From NCBI RefSeq assembly GCF_000022265.1, contig NC_011979.1:1620001-1652000 (forward strand): a stretch of 32,000 nt of DNA. The letters run 5' to 3'. A model generated the notes under the pieces. The model was not told the DNA's origin and did not search any database. It was given only the letters and a program-made list of their open reading frames with translations. A program made the translations under genes and the position numbers. This DNA comes from Geotalea daltonii FRC-32. Lineage in GTDB: Bacteria; Desulfobacterota; Desulfuromonadia; Geobacterales; Geobacteraceae. Shown here piece by piece: positions 8,054 to 17,617 of this stretch. Position 1 is the stretch's first letter; each line of letters opens with the position of its first letter.

Positions 8054-9231
8054 TGCGCATTTTTTACGCGGCTGATAACACGCTCAATAGCTTTTTCCAG
8101 TCCAACCTGTGGAGGAACAACCTCTACCTGTCTCTGGTCGATCTGGGCCATGACGTGGTAGAGTTTCGCTACGATCTGAGGGAAACCTTTGAAAATCTTG
8201 ACCTTGATGATCCCTGGCAACGGGCCTTTATCAACAGGAACAGACCGAAAGTAAGTGCTGAACTGCTGCGCCAGATAAAGGCTGCACACGCAGAAAAGCC
8301 AGTGGATCTCTTTTTCAGTTACTTCTATGATGCCTGTGTACTCCCTGAGACAATTGACAAGATAAAGGAAACAGGAATAAAGACAGTCAACTGGTATTGC
8401 AATGGCGCTCACCAATTGCACAGGGTGCGGGAAATTTCTCCCCGCTATGACTCATGCCTCGTCCCGGAAAAGTTCCGCCTGAAGGACTATCGCAGCATGG
8501 GAGCCAATCCCCTTTACTGCCAGGAGGCGGCCAACCCGAACATCTACAAGCCTTACGATCTGCCACAGGAGTTTGACGTTACCTTTGTCGGCCAGGCATA
8601 TGGTGAACGCCCCGCTTACATTCGATATCTTTTTGATCAGGGATTGGATGTGCGAGTATGGGGATATGGCTGGAAGAGTTCTGCCAGTGGCGAGACTAAA
8701 GCATCTTCCGGTATTTACACCAGGATTTCCCGCGCAACCGGAAAACTTTTCTCCCAGGAGGGGCGTAGCGTCCTTCGTCGCAACCTGTTACGTGCCCTAC
8801 ATCTTCAGTCTGAGGTGGTTCTGCCGGAAAAAATACTGGGAGAACCTCTTTCGGATCTGGAGATGATCAAGATGTACAGTCGCTCCAAGATAAACATCGG
8901 TTTTTCTGCCTGTGGCGATACCCATCAAAGCGGCGAACGAATTGTACAAGTACGGTTGCGCGACTTCGAGGTTCCAATGAGTGGCGGCTTCTACATGGTT
9001 GAGTACATGGAGGAACTGGAGGAATTTTTCACTATTGGTAAAGAAATTGTTTGCTATACGGGGCCGGAAGACTTGGCAGAAAAAATCAGGTATTATCTGT
9101 CCCACGACAGTGAGCGTGAAGCGATTCGCAAAGCTGGATACGAACGATGCCTGCGCGACCATACCTGGCAGAAACGGTTGAGTAATGCTTTCCAGCAGCT
9201 GAATCTGCCGACAATCGGCACTCAGGTCTGA
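8053..9231 (+). CDS. CgeB-like glycosyltransferase (DUF3880 + Glyco_trans_1_2-type C-terminus)
   Basis: MRIFYAADN... N-terminus, and a C-terminus reading RLRDFEVPMSGGFYMVEYMEELEEFFTIGKEIVCYTGPEDLAEKIRYYLSHDSEREAIRKAGYERCLRDHTW, typical of the CgeB family. The start is set at the ATG at 8053, which overlaps the previous stop (TGATG). Confidence 0.7.
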   Translation: MRIFYAADNTLNSFFQSNLWRNNLYLSLVDLGHDVVEFRYDLRETFENLDLDDPWQRAFINRNRPKVSAELLRQIKAAHAEKPVDLFFSYFYDACVLPETIDKIKETGIKTVNWYCNGAHQLHRVREISPRYDSCLVPEKFRLKDYRSMGANPLYCQEAANPNIYKPYDLPQEFDVTFVGQAYGERPAYIRYLFDQGLDVRVWGYGWKSSASGETKASSGIYTRISRATGKLFSQEGRSVLRRNLLRALHLQSEVVLPEKILGEPLSDLEMIKMYSRSKINIGFSACGDTHQSGERIVQVRLRDFEVPMSGGFYMVEYMEELEEFFTIGKEIVCYTGPEDLAEKIRYYLSHDSEREAIRKAGYERCLRDHTWQKRLSNAFQQLNLPTIGTQV

Positions 9232-9235
9232 GACC

Positions 9236-10117
9236 ATGGCTCAGGGTCCATTCTTCTCCATAGTTATACCGACCTATAATCGTGCAGAGAAGCTGCGGCG
9301 TGCCTTGGACTCGATTGCACAACAGACCTTCAAAAACAGCGAGTTAATCGTTTGCGATGATGGTTCATTTGACGACACTGCGGAAGTCGTTGAGAGTTTT
9401 TCGCAGAAAATTAATATCAACTATCTCTGGAACGAAAATTCGGGGGGGCCGGCCAGGCCCAGAAACAACGGGCTGAGGCATGCCCGTGGTGAATGGGTAT
9501 GTTTCCTGGATGCGGACGATTGGTGGTATCCGGAAAAACTGCAACAGGTCTCCACATTAGTACAGGATGCCGACGTCATTTACCACCATACGAACATCTA
9601 CGCTCCCCATGGTAAGAAGCTGCGCCTGATGAACGTGAGGCAACTGAAGCCACCTGTTTTTGTGGATCTGATGACCAAGGGCAGTGCTTTGATAACCTCC
9701 AGCGTCTGTGTGAGAAAGAGCATCCTCGACCAGGCAGGCGGATTTTCAGAAGAGGCGGCCCTTACCGCCATAGAAGACTTTGACCTCTGGTTGAGGATCG
9801 CCCGGATCACCGACAGATTTGTGCGGATCAACAAATGCCTAGGTGCATACTGGGTCGATGATGAGAATATTTCCACTTACTCTGATAGAGCTATCACGAG
9901 AGAGAAGGAACTGCACGCCCGGTACCAGGGCTACCTCCGTCCGGCAGAAAGGTTGGAGTCGGAACGGTTGCTGTCCTATAAAATCGGCTTGGCGAAGAAG
10001 CATATGGGGCTGTATAGGGAGAGTGCGTCCTATTTTCGGGAATCCTTGAAATCGGGATGCACCAAACGAAAACTCTACTCCCTGTTGCAACTGGCTCTGC
10101 TGTATGCAAGAAAATAA
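9236..10117 (+). CDS. Family 2 glycosyltransferase
   Basis: FSIVIPTYNRAEKLRRALDSIAQQTF...VCDDGSFDDT...FLDADDWW is the classical GT2 N-terminal domain with the DxD motif. Confidence 0.85.
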   Translation: MAQGPFFSIVIPTYNRAEKLRRALDSIAQQTFKNSELIVCDDGSFDDTAEVVESFSQKININYLWNENSGGPARPRNNGLRHARGEWVCFLDADDWWYPEKLQQVSTLVQDADVIYHHTNIYAPHGKKLRLMNVRQLKPPVFVDLMTKGSALITSSVCVRKSILDQAGGFSEEAALTAIEDFDLWLRIARITDRFVRINKCLGAYWVDDENISTYSDRAITREKELHARYQGYLRPAERLESERLLSYKIGLAKKHMGLYRESASYFRESLKSGCTKRKLYSLLQLALLYARK

Positions 10118-11123
10118 TGTATTTCTGCGAGTGACTGTGCCTGCTATTGTTTCCGTGATAATTCCTGCCCATAACTGCGAGAAATACGTGGCCGAGGCGA
10201 TCGACAGCGTTCTTGCCCAGACCTATCCGGCAGTGGAATGCATCGTTGTCGACGATGGATCAACGGACCGCACCGCAGAAGTTGTGAAGAGTTACGGGGA
10301 GCGCGTTCGCTATGTCTACCAGGATAATGCCGAACGGTCGGCGGCGCGAAATAACGGCTTGAGGTGTGCGACCGGCGAATATGTCTCCTTTCTTGATGCT
10401 GACGATTACCTGGCACCGGAAAAAATCTTCCAACAGGTGGCCCTACTGGGGGCCGACAGCCGATTGGAGATAGTATATTCGCGGGTGTGCTACTTCCGGG
10501 ATGACAAGGAACGCAGATTCTATGATGTCCGGCGTCCCGCCCCAATCGGCGACATACTGGAGACGTTAATCTACAGCAATTTCATAACCGTTCATGCCCC
10601 GCTCATACGTGCAAAGGCTGTAGCCGATGCCGGCGGATTCAATCCGCGACGGAATCGCTATGAGGACTGGGAATTCTTTCTCCGCCTTGCTGCGCGCGGT
10701 GCAAGATTCGGCTTCATTGACAGTTGCCATGCCTTTGTCCGGATGCATGCCGAAAATACCGTGCATGATCGACTGCGGATGTTCGAGGCCAAGTTGCAGG
10801 TGGCGGAAGAGTTTGTCCGGGACCATAACCATGAACTGCAGGCGCGAGGGATAAATCCTGACGGAGTAGCGGCATTTCACCGGGCAGACTATGGCAGGCT
10901 GCTCATCCTCAATGGGCATCCGGACGAGGGTCGCGAGATGATCCGGGATGCTTGCCGTTGCAGCGACTTCCCCCATCGGCATAAGTTCTTGCTGTTTGCT
11001 TTCGCCGGCGGCATATGCGGTTCCCGCTTTATGGCAGGATTGCAGGTTTTAGTGGACCGTGTTTACAAGTACCGCAAGGGGACTGCAGTATTCGACGGGA
11101 AAAAAGGCAGGCGCGATGATTAA
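10104..11123 (+). CDS. Family 2 glycosyltransferase
   Basis: VSVIIPAHNCEKYVAEAIDSVLAQTY...VVDDGSTDRT...FLDADDY. A paralogue-like neighbour of the previous gene, overlapping it by 14 nt. Confidence 0.85.
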   Translation: MQENNVFLRVTVPAIVSVIIPAHNCEKYVAEAIDSVLAQTYPAVECIVVDDGSTDRTAEVVKSYGERVRYVYQDNAERSAARNNGLRCATGEYVSFLDADDYLAPEKIFQQVALLGADSRLEIVYSRVCYFRDDKERRFYDVRRPAPIGDILETLIYSNFITVHAPLIRAKAVADAGGFNPRRNRYEDWEFFLRLAARGARFGFIDSCHAFVRMHAENTVHDRLRMFEAKLQVAEEFVRDHNHELQARGINPDGVAAFHRADYGRLLILNGHPDEGREMIRDACRCSDFPHRHKFLLFAFAGGICGSRFMAGLQVLVDRVYKYRKGTAVFDGKKGRRDD

Positions 11124-11144
11124 TCTGCATCAGGCGGTGTTGCC

Positions 11145-12332
11145 ATGAAAATCGTCTTCCTGGCCCCCTTCGGTATCCGCCCCAAGGGCACGCTCATTGC
11201 CCGCATGGTGCCGTTGGCTGCTGAATTGCAGCTTCTTGGTCATGAAGTGGTTATCATTGCTCCGCCGTATACAAATCCGGAAGACTCGGGAAAAACGGAG
11301 ACGGTGCGCGGGGTTCGGCTCCATAACATTGCCCTTGGCCCGAGGAACAAAATCATGGCCGCTCCCATCCTGGCTTGGAGGATGTTCCGTGCCGCGCTGG
11401 CTGAAAAGCCTGCCATTATCCATCTCTTCAAGCCGAAGGGGTATGGCGGGCTGGCTGCCATGCTCCACCTTGTTCTGCAAAAGGCAGGACTGCGTCTTCC
11501 TCCCGTATTTGTCGACACCGATGACTGGGAGGGCTCGGGAGGGATGAATGAGCTGCATGCCTATTCATCCTTGGAAAAAAAGTTCTACTGCTTTCAGGAA
11601 CAGTGGTTGATAAGGCTGGCTGTGGGGGTGACTGTGGCCAGCCGTGCTCTGCAGGCCATGGTGGTGCCCTTTGCCGGCGAAGGCAGGAAGGTATTGTATC
11701 TTCCCAACTGCGTTTCTGCTGCACCCGGCGGAGATGGCGAGTCCTTGCGCCAACGGTTGGATATGGGCACAGAGGTACCTGTTCTGCTCCTCTACACCCG
11801 TTTCTTCGAGTTCAGCCAGGAGAAGCTGTACTGGCTCTTCAGCGAAATTAAGCGGCGTGTACCGGGTGTCCGTTTTGCCGTCGTCGGCAAAGGGCGCAAA
11901 GGTGAGGAAACGGCACTTGTCGAGGCTGCTGCGGCAAAAGGTTTTGCCGATTCCCTGGTTATGCCGGGATGGGTGGAGCCTGGGGAAATCCTCCATTACC
12001 TGGCAGCAGCGGACGTGGCCATCTATCCCTTTGCCGATACCCTGGTTAACCGTTGCAAATGCCCGGCAAAATTAACGGAACTCCTTGTCGCTGGGCTACC
12101 GGTGGTTGCAGACAGGGTTGGCCAGGTGGTTGAATATATGAACCCGCAGCTCGATCATTTGTTATGCGACCCGGAGGATTGGCCGGCGATGGTGGAACGG
12201 GTTGTGACACTACTCAATGACCCGCTCCAGAGACGCGTGCAAGGGGATCTGGGTCGCCGGTACATCCTGCAGAATTTCAACTGGCGTTCATGGGCATTGC
12301 AATTGAGCCGTTACTACGAGGAGTGCATTTAA
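11145..12332 (+). CDS. GT4-family (group 1) glycosyltransferase
   Basis: MKIVFLAPF... N-terminus of a GT-B fold, and a C-terminal EX7E-like region (PAKLTELLVAGLPVVADRVG). Confidence 0.85.
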   Translation: MKIVFLAPFGIRPKGTLIARMVPLAAELQLLGHEVVIIAPPYTNPEDSGKTETVRGVRLHNIALGPRNKIMAAPILAWRMFRAALAEKPAIIHLFKPKGYGGLAAMLHLVLQKAGLRLPPVFVDTDDWEGSGGMNELHAYSSLEKKFYCFQEQWLIRLAVGVTVASRALQAMVVPFAGEGRKVLYLPNCVSAAPGGDGESLRQRLDMGTEVPVLLLYTRFFEFSQEKLYWLFSEIKRRVPGVRFAVVGKGRKGEETALVEAAAAKGFADSLVMPGWVEPGEILHYLAAADVAIYPFADTLVNRCKCPAKLTELLVAGLPVVADRVGQVVEYMNPQLDHLLCDPEDWPAMVERVVTLLNDPLQRRVQGDLGRRYILQNFNWRSWALQLSRYYEECI

Positions 12333-12335
12333 AAA

Positions 12336-14768
12336 ATGAATTCACGAAAAAAAGACCTGCTGGTGTTGGGCGCCCTGCTGGTGCTCCTTATTCTCTTCTT
12401 CTCCAAGATCCTTTTTACGGACAAGATTATCCGGGCGCCGGACATCATGAATGAATTTTACTGGGGTGTGGAGTGGGTCAAGAAGGGGGACTTCTGGAGC
12501 TTGTTCAACGTCGACTTGCATGCGGCCTGGGATAAATTCGTCAACGGCGGCACTACCGACGAGGGGGGGGGAGTTTCCAACCAGTTTCTCATATACCGGT
12601 CCCTGATCCTTTATCTCTTTCCTGCACCTTCCTGTGTTGCTTGGTTTATCGTTTTCCAGCTTTTCTTCGGCGCAGCAGGAACTTATTGCTATTGTCGTCT
12701 GATCGGCGTCGGCAGGCTTGGGTCATTCCTCGGAGGGCTTATCTTTGCCGTTGCCCCTGAGAATGCATCCCTCATCAATGCCGGTCATGTAATGAAGATT
12801 GCCACCATCTCATTTGCCCCCTGGGCATTTTATTTTTTCGAGAAGGGATTTCTCAGTCGGCGGGTCTTTTTCTTTCTTGCCACTGCTGTTGTTCTGGCGC
12901 TTCAGTTTTTCAACACCCACTGGCAGGTTGCCTATTACACGTGCCTCGGTATTGGCATATACGGCATTATCCGCTCCATTGGCATCTTGGTTCATGAGAG
13001 CCAGGATGGAAAGCGGGACATGGCAAGGCTCTTGGGGCTGAACCTTGTGACCATGCTGTTCTTTCTGTCAACGGTTGCCATTTCTCTGGTTCCGTTGTCC
13101 AACTGGGCCAAGGACACCAATCGTGGCGTTCACAGTGGTGCGAATCAGGGGAAGGGGGGACTTGATCGGGAGGAAGCCATGTCCTGGTCGATGCCACCGG
13201 AAGAAGTTACCGCTTTCGTCATTCCGGGAGCTTTTGGCATTTCCCGCCAGGAGGCCGGTGCGAATCCCGCCAATATTTCTGCTTATTACTGGGGACGGAT
13301 GGTCTTCACCCAGACTCTTACCTACATGGGATTGCTGCCGTGGTTGTTGCTGCCGCTGCCGCTGTTGTTCAGGAGGGATAAGTATACTTGGCTGGCCCTG
13401 TGTGCCATTGTCGGTGGCATCCTTTTTTCCATGGGGAAATACACCCCGGTCTACCAGATTCTTTATGACTATTTTCCAGGCATAGACCGGTTCCGGGTGC
13501 CGAAGATGATGATGTTTCTGCCGGTCTTCGGCCTTGGTGTCATTGCGGCCCGTGGGATGGATTGCATCCTTGACCGGGATGTGCGAGATAGCCGCATCTT
13601 CAAGCGATACGCCATGGGAGTGCTGGCGGTGCCCGTGGTTCTTCTTGTTCTGCTGGTTGTTGAGACCTTGGGTAAAGAATACTGGATCTCAACATTCCAT
13701 GAAATGTTGGCCCAGCCGACCCGCTATGAGAGCGGAGCTGATCTGATTGTCCGGCGCTGGCGGAATCTGGTCAACGAAACAGCCATAGCAGCCATGCTTG
13801 CGGGTCTTTCGGCTGCAGTCATATGTCTTGCAGCCTTCGGGAAAAACAGCATGCGGTATGTTCCCATCCTGCTGGTCGCCCTTTACCTGGCAGACGTGGG
13901 GCGCATTGACAACAAGTTCATGTTCCTGGTCAATGTTCCGGAAAAGGTCAAGGGGGCTAAGACTCCAGCTATTGAATATCTGATAAAAGCAAACAAGGGA
14001 AATCGCGTTCTGCCCATGGACGGCTCTGATCCAATGCAGTATGTGGCCAATAAAATACCGGTCATGTTCACTTCCAACCCGGTGCAAAAAAAGCGCTGGC
14101 AGGATTTTCTCGAAGTTTTTTCCCTGGGTTCGCCCCTGCCGGATTTGATGAATGTGCAGTATCTTATCCTTAGTCAAGAACAATATCTGCAGGAAAAAAA
14201 TCAGTTGAGTGCAAAGTACCTGCCGGTCTATGAGTCACCGGACGGTTCCCAGGTTGTATTGGAAAACCGCCAAGTATTTCCCAAGGGGTGGCTTGTTTCG
14301 TCTGTGCTGACGCTACCTGATCCCCAGCAGCGTTTGATGGTGCTGAATAATCCATCCGTGGATTTGCGCACCGTGGCTATTGTTGAATCCCCTCCGCCTG
14401 TTTCTCTGGCTGGCCCGGTGCCGGCAGATGGACCGGTCGGAGAGGTAAATGTCACTGGTAACTCAGGAGAAGAGCTTACAGTGATCAGTCATGTGACCCG
14501 CAACTCATTGCTCGTTCTGGGCGAAAAGTATGATAAAGGCTGGAAAGCTACGGTCGACGGCAAAGAAACTGAAATCTATCCGGTTAATCATGTGCTGCGG
14601 GGCATTTACCTGACGCCGGGCAAACATACCGTGGAGATGCGTTTTGATCCGCTTCCGTTCAAGATCGGCAAGTATCTGACACTTGCTTCGTTTGCCTTTT
14701 TCATCCTTATGCTGGCCAGAGAGCTTTTTTTGCAGCAGAAAGGACCGCATCGAGGTTTGCAGCAATGA
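12336..14768 (+). CDS. YfhO-like large membrane protein (GT-C-type periplasmic glycosyltransferase candidate)
   Basis: 810 aa with many N-terminal and central TM helices. The C-terminal region GEKYDKGWKATVDGKETEIYPVNHVLRGIYLTPGKHTVEMRFDP followed by a final TM helix is the typical YfhO-family ending. Confidence 0.65.
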   Translation: MNSRKKDLLVLGALLVLLILFFSKILFTDKIIRAPDIMNEFYWGVEWVKKGDFWSLFNVDLHAAWDKFVNGGTTDEGGGVSNQFLIYRSLILYLFPAPSCVAWFIVFQLFFGAAGTYCYCRLIGVGRLGSFLGGLIFAVAPENASLINAGHVMKIATISFAPWAFYFFEKGFLSRRVFFFLATAVVLALQFFNTHWQVAYYTCLGIGIYGIIRSIGILVHESQDGKRDMARLLGLNLVTMLFFLSTVAISLVPLSNWAKDTNRGVHSGANQGKGGLDREEAMSWSMPPEEVTAFVIPGAFGISRQEAGANPANISAYYWGRMVFTQTLTYMGLLPWLLLPLPLLFRRDKYTWLALCAIVGGILFSMGKYTPVYQILYDYFPGIDRFRVPKMMMFLPVFGLGVIAARGMDCILDRDVRDSRIFKRYAMGVLAVPVVLLVLLVVETLGKEYWISTFHEMLAQPTRYESGADLIVRRWRNLVNETAIAAMLAGLSAAVICLAAFGKNSMRYVPILLVALYLADVGRIDNKFMFLVNVPEKVKGAKTPAIEYLIKANKGNRVLPMDGSDPMQYVANKIPVMFTSNPVQKKRWQDFLEVFSLGSPLPDLMNVQYLILSQEQYLQEKNQLSAKYLPVYESPDGSQVVLENRQVFPKGWLVSSVLTLPDPQQRLMVLNNPSVDLRTVAIVESPPPVSLAGPVPADGPVGEVNVTGNSGEELTVISHVTRNSLLVLGEKYDKGWKATVDGKETEIYPVNHVLRGIYLTPGKHTVEMRFDPLPFKIGKYLTLASFAFFILMLARELFLQQKGPHRGLQQ
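12563..12571 (+). repeat. Homopolymeric G9 tract inside the YfhO-like CDS
   Basis: gac gag ggg ggg gga read directly. It encodes DEGGG near residue 76. Confidence 0.95.
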
Positions 14769-14854
14769 CCCTCTTGCCCCGTCGATGGACCATTTCTTTA
14801 CGGCCTGAAGTGACAAACCATATGGGCATCGATGAATATCTATAACTGTAACCT

Positions 14855-15655
14855 GTGCCGCTAAAGGACCTTGGAGTGGATGAAATAACCATCGATGAGC
14901 TCCGCGGCGACGGTCTGAAAATAGCCCAACCATTGAACGGCTATCGTTTTTCCCTTGACCCCATACTGCTCAGCAACTTTGCCCGTCTGAGGGAAGGGGG
15001 CAGGATTGCCGATTTGGGGACAGGCTGTGGCATTATTCCATTGCTGTTGGCAAAGCAGAATAAAAGCGCCACCATTGTCGGTATTGACTTCCAGGAACAC
15101 ATGGCTGCGCTGGCACGACATAATGTAATCCTCAATGGCTATGATGACAGGGTTTCCATCCTTACAGAAGATATAGCCAGCTTGAAGGGACATTTTCCCG
15201 TATCATCCTTCGACCTGGTAGTGTCAAATCCCCCCTACCGCAAGCCTGGTACTGGTCGTGTAAGCCCTAAAGCAGGGAGGGACAAAGCACGGCATGAAAC
15301 TACCGCAACTCTTGCCGATTTCATGTCCATGGCCAAATATCTGGTCAAGCCAGCTGGCAGAATTTGCTTCATTTATCATGTATCCCGATTGGTAGAGCTT
15401 TTTGCCGAGGCTGTTGCCCTGAAACTTGCTCCGCTTCGCTTGCGAATGATCCATGACAATGCCCTGTCAGAGGCCGGAATGTTCATGGTCGAACTCGCCA
15501 AAGGACGAGGGGGAGATATGATCATAGATCCTCCGCTGCTGGTTCGCGATGCACATGGTGGTTACAGTCCTGAAATGAGTATGCTGCTGGGAATCCAGCC
15601 TGTCGGGGATAACCGGCAAAAGCAGGGGAAGGGAGGGGTGAATGCTGAATGGTAA
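14855..15655 (+). CDS. N6-adenine methyltransferase of the tRNA1(Val) m6A37 (TrmN6/YfiC)-like family
   Basis: [37 protein letters not shown] (SAM motif) and VSNPPYRK (NPPY catalytic motif). The start is uncertain (GTG at 14855, no clear RBS). Confidence 0.7.
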   Translation: MPLKDLGVDEITIDELRGDGLKIAQPLNGYRFSLDPILLSNFARLREGGRIADLGTGCGIIPLLLAKQNKSATIVGIDFQEHMAALARHNVILNGYDDRVSILTEDIASLKGHFPVSSFDLVVSNPPYRKPGTGRVSPKAGRDKARHETTATLADFMSMAKYLVKPAGRICFIYHVSRLVELFAEAVALKLAPLRLRMIHDNALSEAGMFMVELAKGRGGDMIIDPPLLVRDAHGGYSPEMSMLLGIQPVGDNRQKQGKGGVNAEW

Positions 15656-16382
15656 AAAAATTGCGGTAGTGCTTCCTGCCTATAATGCGGCGAAGACACT
15701 GGAGATGACCTACCGGGAGATTCCCTCTGAATTTGTCGATGAGGTGGTACTCGTCGATGACGCCAGCCGTGATGATACTGCCGAAGTTGCGCGCCGCCTT
15801 GGAATCAGGACCATTGTCCACGAAAACAACAGGGGGTACGGCGGAAATCAGAAGACCTGTTACAGAACGGCGCTTGAACTGGGTGCTGATATCGTGATCA
15901 TGCTCCACCCGGACTATCAATATACTCCCCGGCTGATTACGGCCATGGCTGCCATGATCGCCTACGGCGAATTCGATGCTGTGCTCGCTTCGCGCATTCT
16001 TGGCGTCGGCGCACTCAAAGGTGGAATGCCCCTTTACAAATACGTCGCCAATCGTTTTCTAACCTTCTTTGAAAACCTGATGCTGGGTCACAAGCTTTCC
16101 GAATACCACACCGGTTATAGGGCTTTTTCCCGCGAAGTTCTGGAAAGGCTTCCCCTGCATGCAAACTCGGAGGATTTCGTCTTCGACAACCAGATGCTGG
16201 CCCAAATCGTCTGGTTTGGTTACCGCATCGGCGAGGTCAGTTGCCCCACCAAATATTTCGAAGAGGCATCATCCATAAACTTTCGCCGTAGCGTTGTATA
16301 TGGCTTGGGTGTTTTGAAGACAGCCCTGCAGTTCAGATTGGCAAAGGTCGGGCTATGCAGGGTCCGGATCTTTAACATTTAA
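15642..16382 (+). CDS. Family 2 glycosyltransferase (DPM/DPG-synthase-like)
   Basis: [14 protein letters not shown]...[10 protein letters not shown]...HPDYQY. GGGAGGGG RBS upstream of the ATG at 15642. Confidence 0.85.
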   Translation: MLNGKKIAVVLPAYNAAKTLEMTYREIPSEFVDEVVLVDDASRDDTAEVARRLGIRTIVHENNRGYGGNQKTCYRTALELGADIVIMLHPDYQYTPRLITAMAAMIAYGEFDAVLASRILGVGALKGGMPLYKYVANRFLTFFENLMLGHKLSEYHTGYRAFSREVLERLPLHANSEDFVFDNQMLAQIVWFGYRIGEVSCPTKYFEEASSINFRRSVVYGLGVLKTALQFRLAKVGLCRVRIFNI

Positions 16383-16473
16383 AGGGAAGGATTATCACTG
16401 TGCTTCAGTTACGGATGAGATTTGCCGTCTCGGACAAGGAATTTAATGCTGTGGTTTCTTGTGGGTTGCGGTT

Positions 16474-16947
16474 TTAGTTTCTTTTCAGATGGGTGCCCAT
16501 GAGTCTTGAAATGACTTCCCTCAGTTCGGGATCTGAGATAACCGCCGCATTCTCTTCGATCTTTTGCCGTTCTTCAAGCGTCAGGATTCTACACTGTCTT
16601 GGGACCGGTGATTCATGGGGATTAGACAAGGGGGCGCTGCCCGCTTTGAGGTAGATTTCCTTCACCATCTCATCACCGATATTTTTATTGAGCCTGGCAA
16701 TGATCTCTTCTTTAAGATAGGTCAACTGCTGCATCCATGGGGCATTGTCAACGGATATGGTCAGCGTGCCATCGCGGAATGCTGCCGGTCTGGCGCGGGC
16801 GGCTATCTGTTCTCCGACCGATCTCTCCCAGACCAGCCAGATTTTACCCTCCTTCAGGCGCTTGCCGGCGGGCTTATCCTGAAAGATTTCTGCAAGCAGA
16901 TCGGCGATTGCTGCCGGACGCTTCATCCTTGGACGTTTGTCAGTCAA
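16474..16947 (-). CDS. DUF721 (DciA-like) protein
   Basis: 157 aa. IADLLAEIF...LKEGKIWLVWERSVGEQIAARARPAAFRDGTLTISVDNAPWMQQLTYLKEEIIARLN matches the DUF721 pattern from memory. Confidence 0.7.
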   Translation of the reverse strand: MTDKRPRMKRPAAIADLLAEIFQDKPAGKRLKEGKIWLVWERSVGEQIAARARPAAFRDGTLTISVDNAPWMQQLTYLKEEIIARLNKNIGDEMVKEIYLKAGSAPLSNPHESPVPRQCRILTLEERQKIEENAAVISDPELREVISRLMGTHLKRN

Positions 16948-17194
16948 TGGTTTTCCTTCTGCGAATTCTTCCGCCGATTATCTGACCCACGATGGCGCTG
17001 CCAAGTGTAAAGGGAATGAATTTCCAGCTGAGGCCCGATTTTATCCTCAGATAGATAATGATGGGGATGGAAATGTGAACGTAGAAATACCAGCCGAAGG
17101 TGAACTTCTCGTAATTCTGCCGCAAGTAGCCGAAGGGCACGTTGATGAGCAGGGCAAAGGCCAGCAGACCGCCGAATGTCAAAATGAGATGCAT
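16940..17194 (-). CDS. Small hydrophobic membrane protein (unknown function)
   Basis: 84 aa with about 3 TM helices. A GGTGAGG RBS and a near-consensus sigma70 promoter lie upstream. Its end overlaps the DUF721 start by 8 nt. Confidence 0.5.
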   Translation of the reverse strand: MHLILTFGGLLAFALLINVPFGYLRQNYEKFTFGWYFYVHISIPIIIYLRIKSGLSWKFIPFTLGSAIVGQIIGGRIRRRKTID

Positions 17195-17212
17195 TCTTTA
17201 CCTCACCCCGGT

Positions 17213-17241
17213 ATACTATGGATTTCGATAATCTTTGTCAA
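17213..17241 (-). promoter_or_regulatory. Candidate sigma70 promoter for the small-membrane-protein/DUF721 operon
   Basis: Minus strand reads TTGACA (17241-17236), a 17-nt spacer, then TAGTAT (17218-17213), about 18 nt upstream of the ATG at 17194. Confidence 0.45.
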
Positions 17242-17246
17242 CGTGC

Positions 17247-17275
17247 TTGACAGCTATTGAAAAACTATTGTGATA
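17247..17275 (+). promoter_or_regulatory. Candidate divergent sigma70 promoter for DUF3343-yedF
   Basis: TTGACA at 17247-17252, then TGTGAT/GTGATA after a 16-17 nt spacer. The -10 element is weak. Confidence 0.3.
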
Positions 17276-17334
17276 CCGGCAGGAATGCAGGGTTTTGCTG
17301 GTTTCGGGATTCAGTTTGATGAAAGGATTGGATT

Positions 17335-17592
17335 ATGGTTCAGGACGGTGATTATGTCGCGGTTTTCAACTCCATTCATCGAGTCATGAAAGCCGAAAAG
17401 ATATTGAAGCAGAGGAAGATGGCCATTCTGCTGATTCCTGTGCCAAGGGCGCTACAGTCCGATTGCGGACTGGCAATCAGATACCAATCGGCTCTGCGCC
17501 AAGAGGTCGAAGCAGTTCTTTCCGAAGAAGGGCTCCTTCCGGCAGAGCTGTATGCGAAGCAAAAGGGTCAGTTTGTCAGAGTGCTGGAGTAA
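17335..17592 (+). CDS. DUF3343 protein (putative Se/S carrier-like)
   Basis: 85 aa. YVAVFNSIHRVMKAEKILKQRKMAILLIPVPRALQSDCGLAIRY is the DUF3343 pattern with its conserved Cys. Confidence 0.7.
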   Translation: MVQDGDYVAVFNSIHRVMKAEKILKQRKMAILLIPVPRALQSDCGLAIRYQSALRQEVEAVLSEEGLLPAELYAKQKGQFVRVLE

Positions 17593-17617
17593 CATCATTG
17601 ACGGTGGAGGTTCTGGA

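Noticed and set aside
16383-16473. Possible terminator or small RNA between the convergent GT2 and DUF721 genes.
   Set aside because: Only 3-bp palindromes were found, with no stable GC-rich stem and no T-run.
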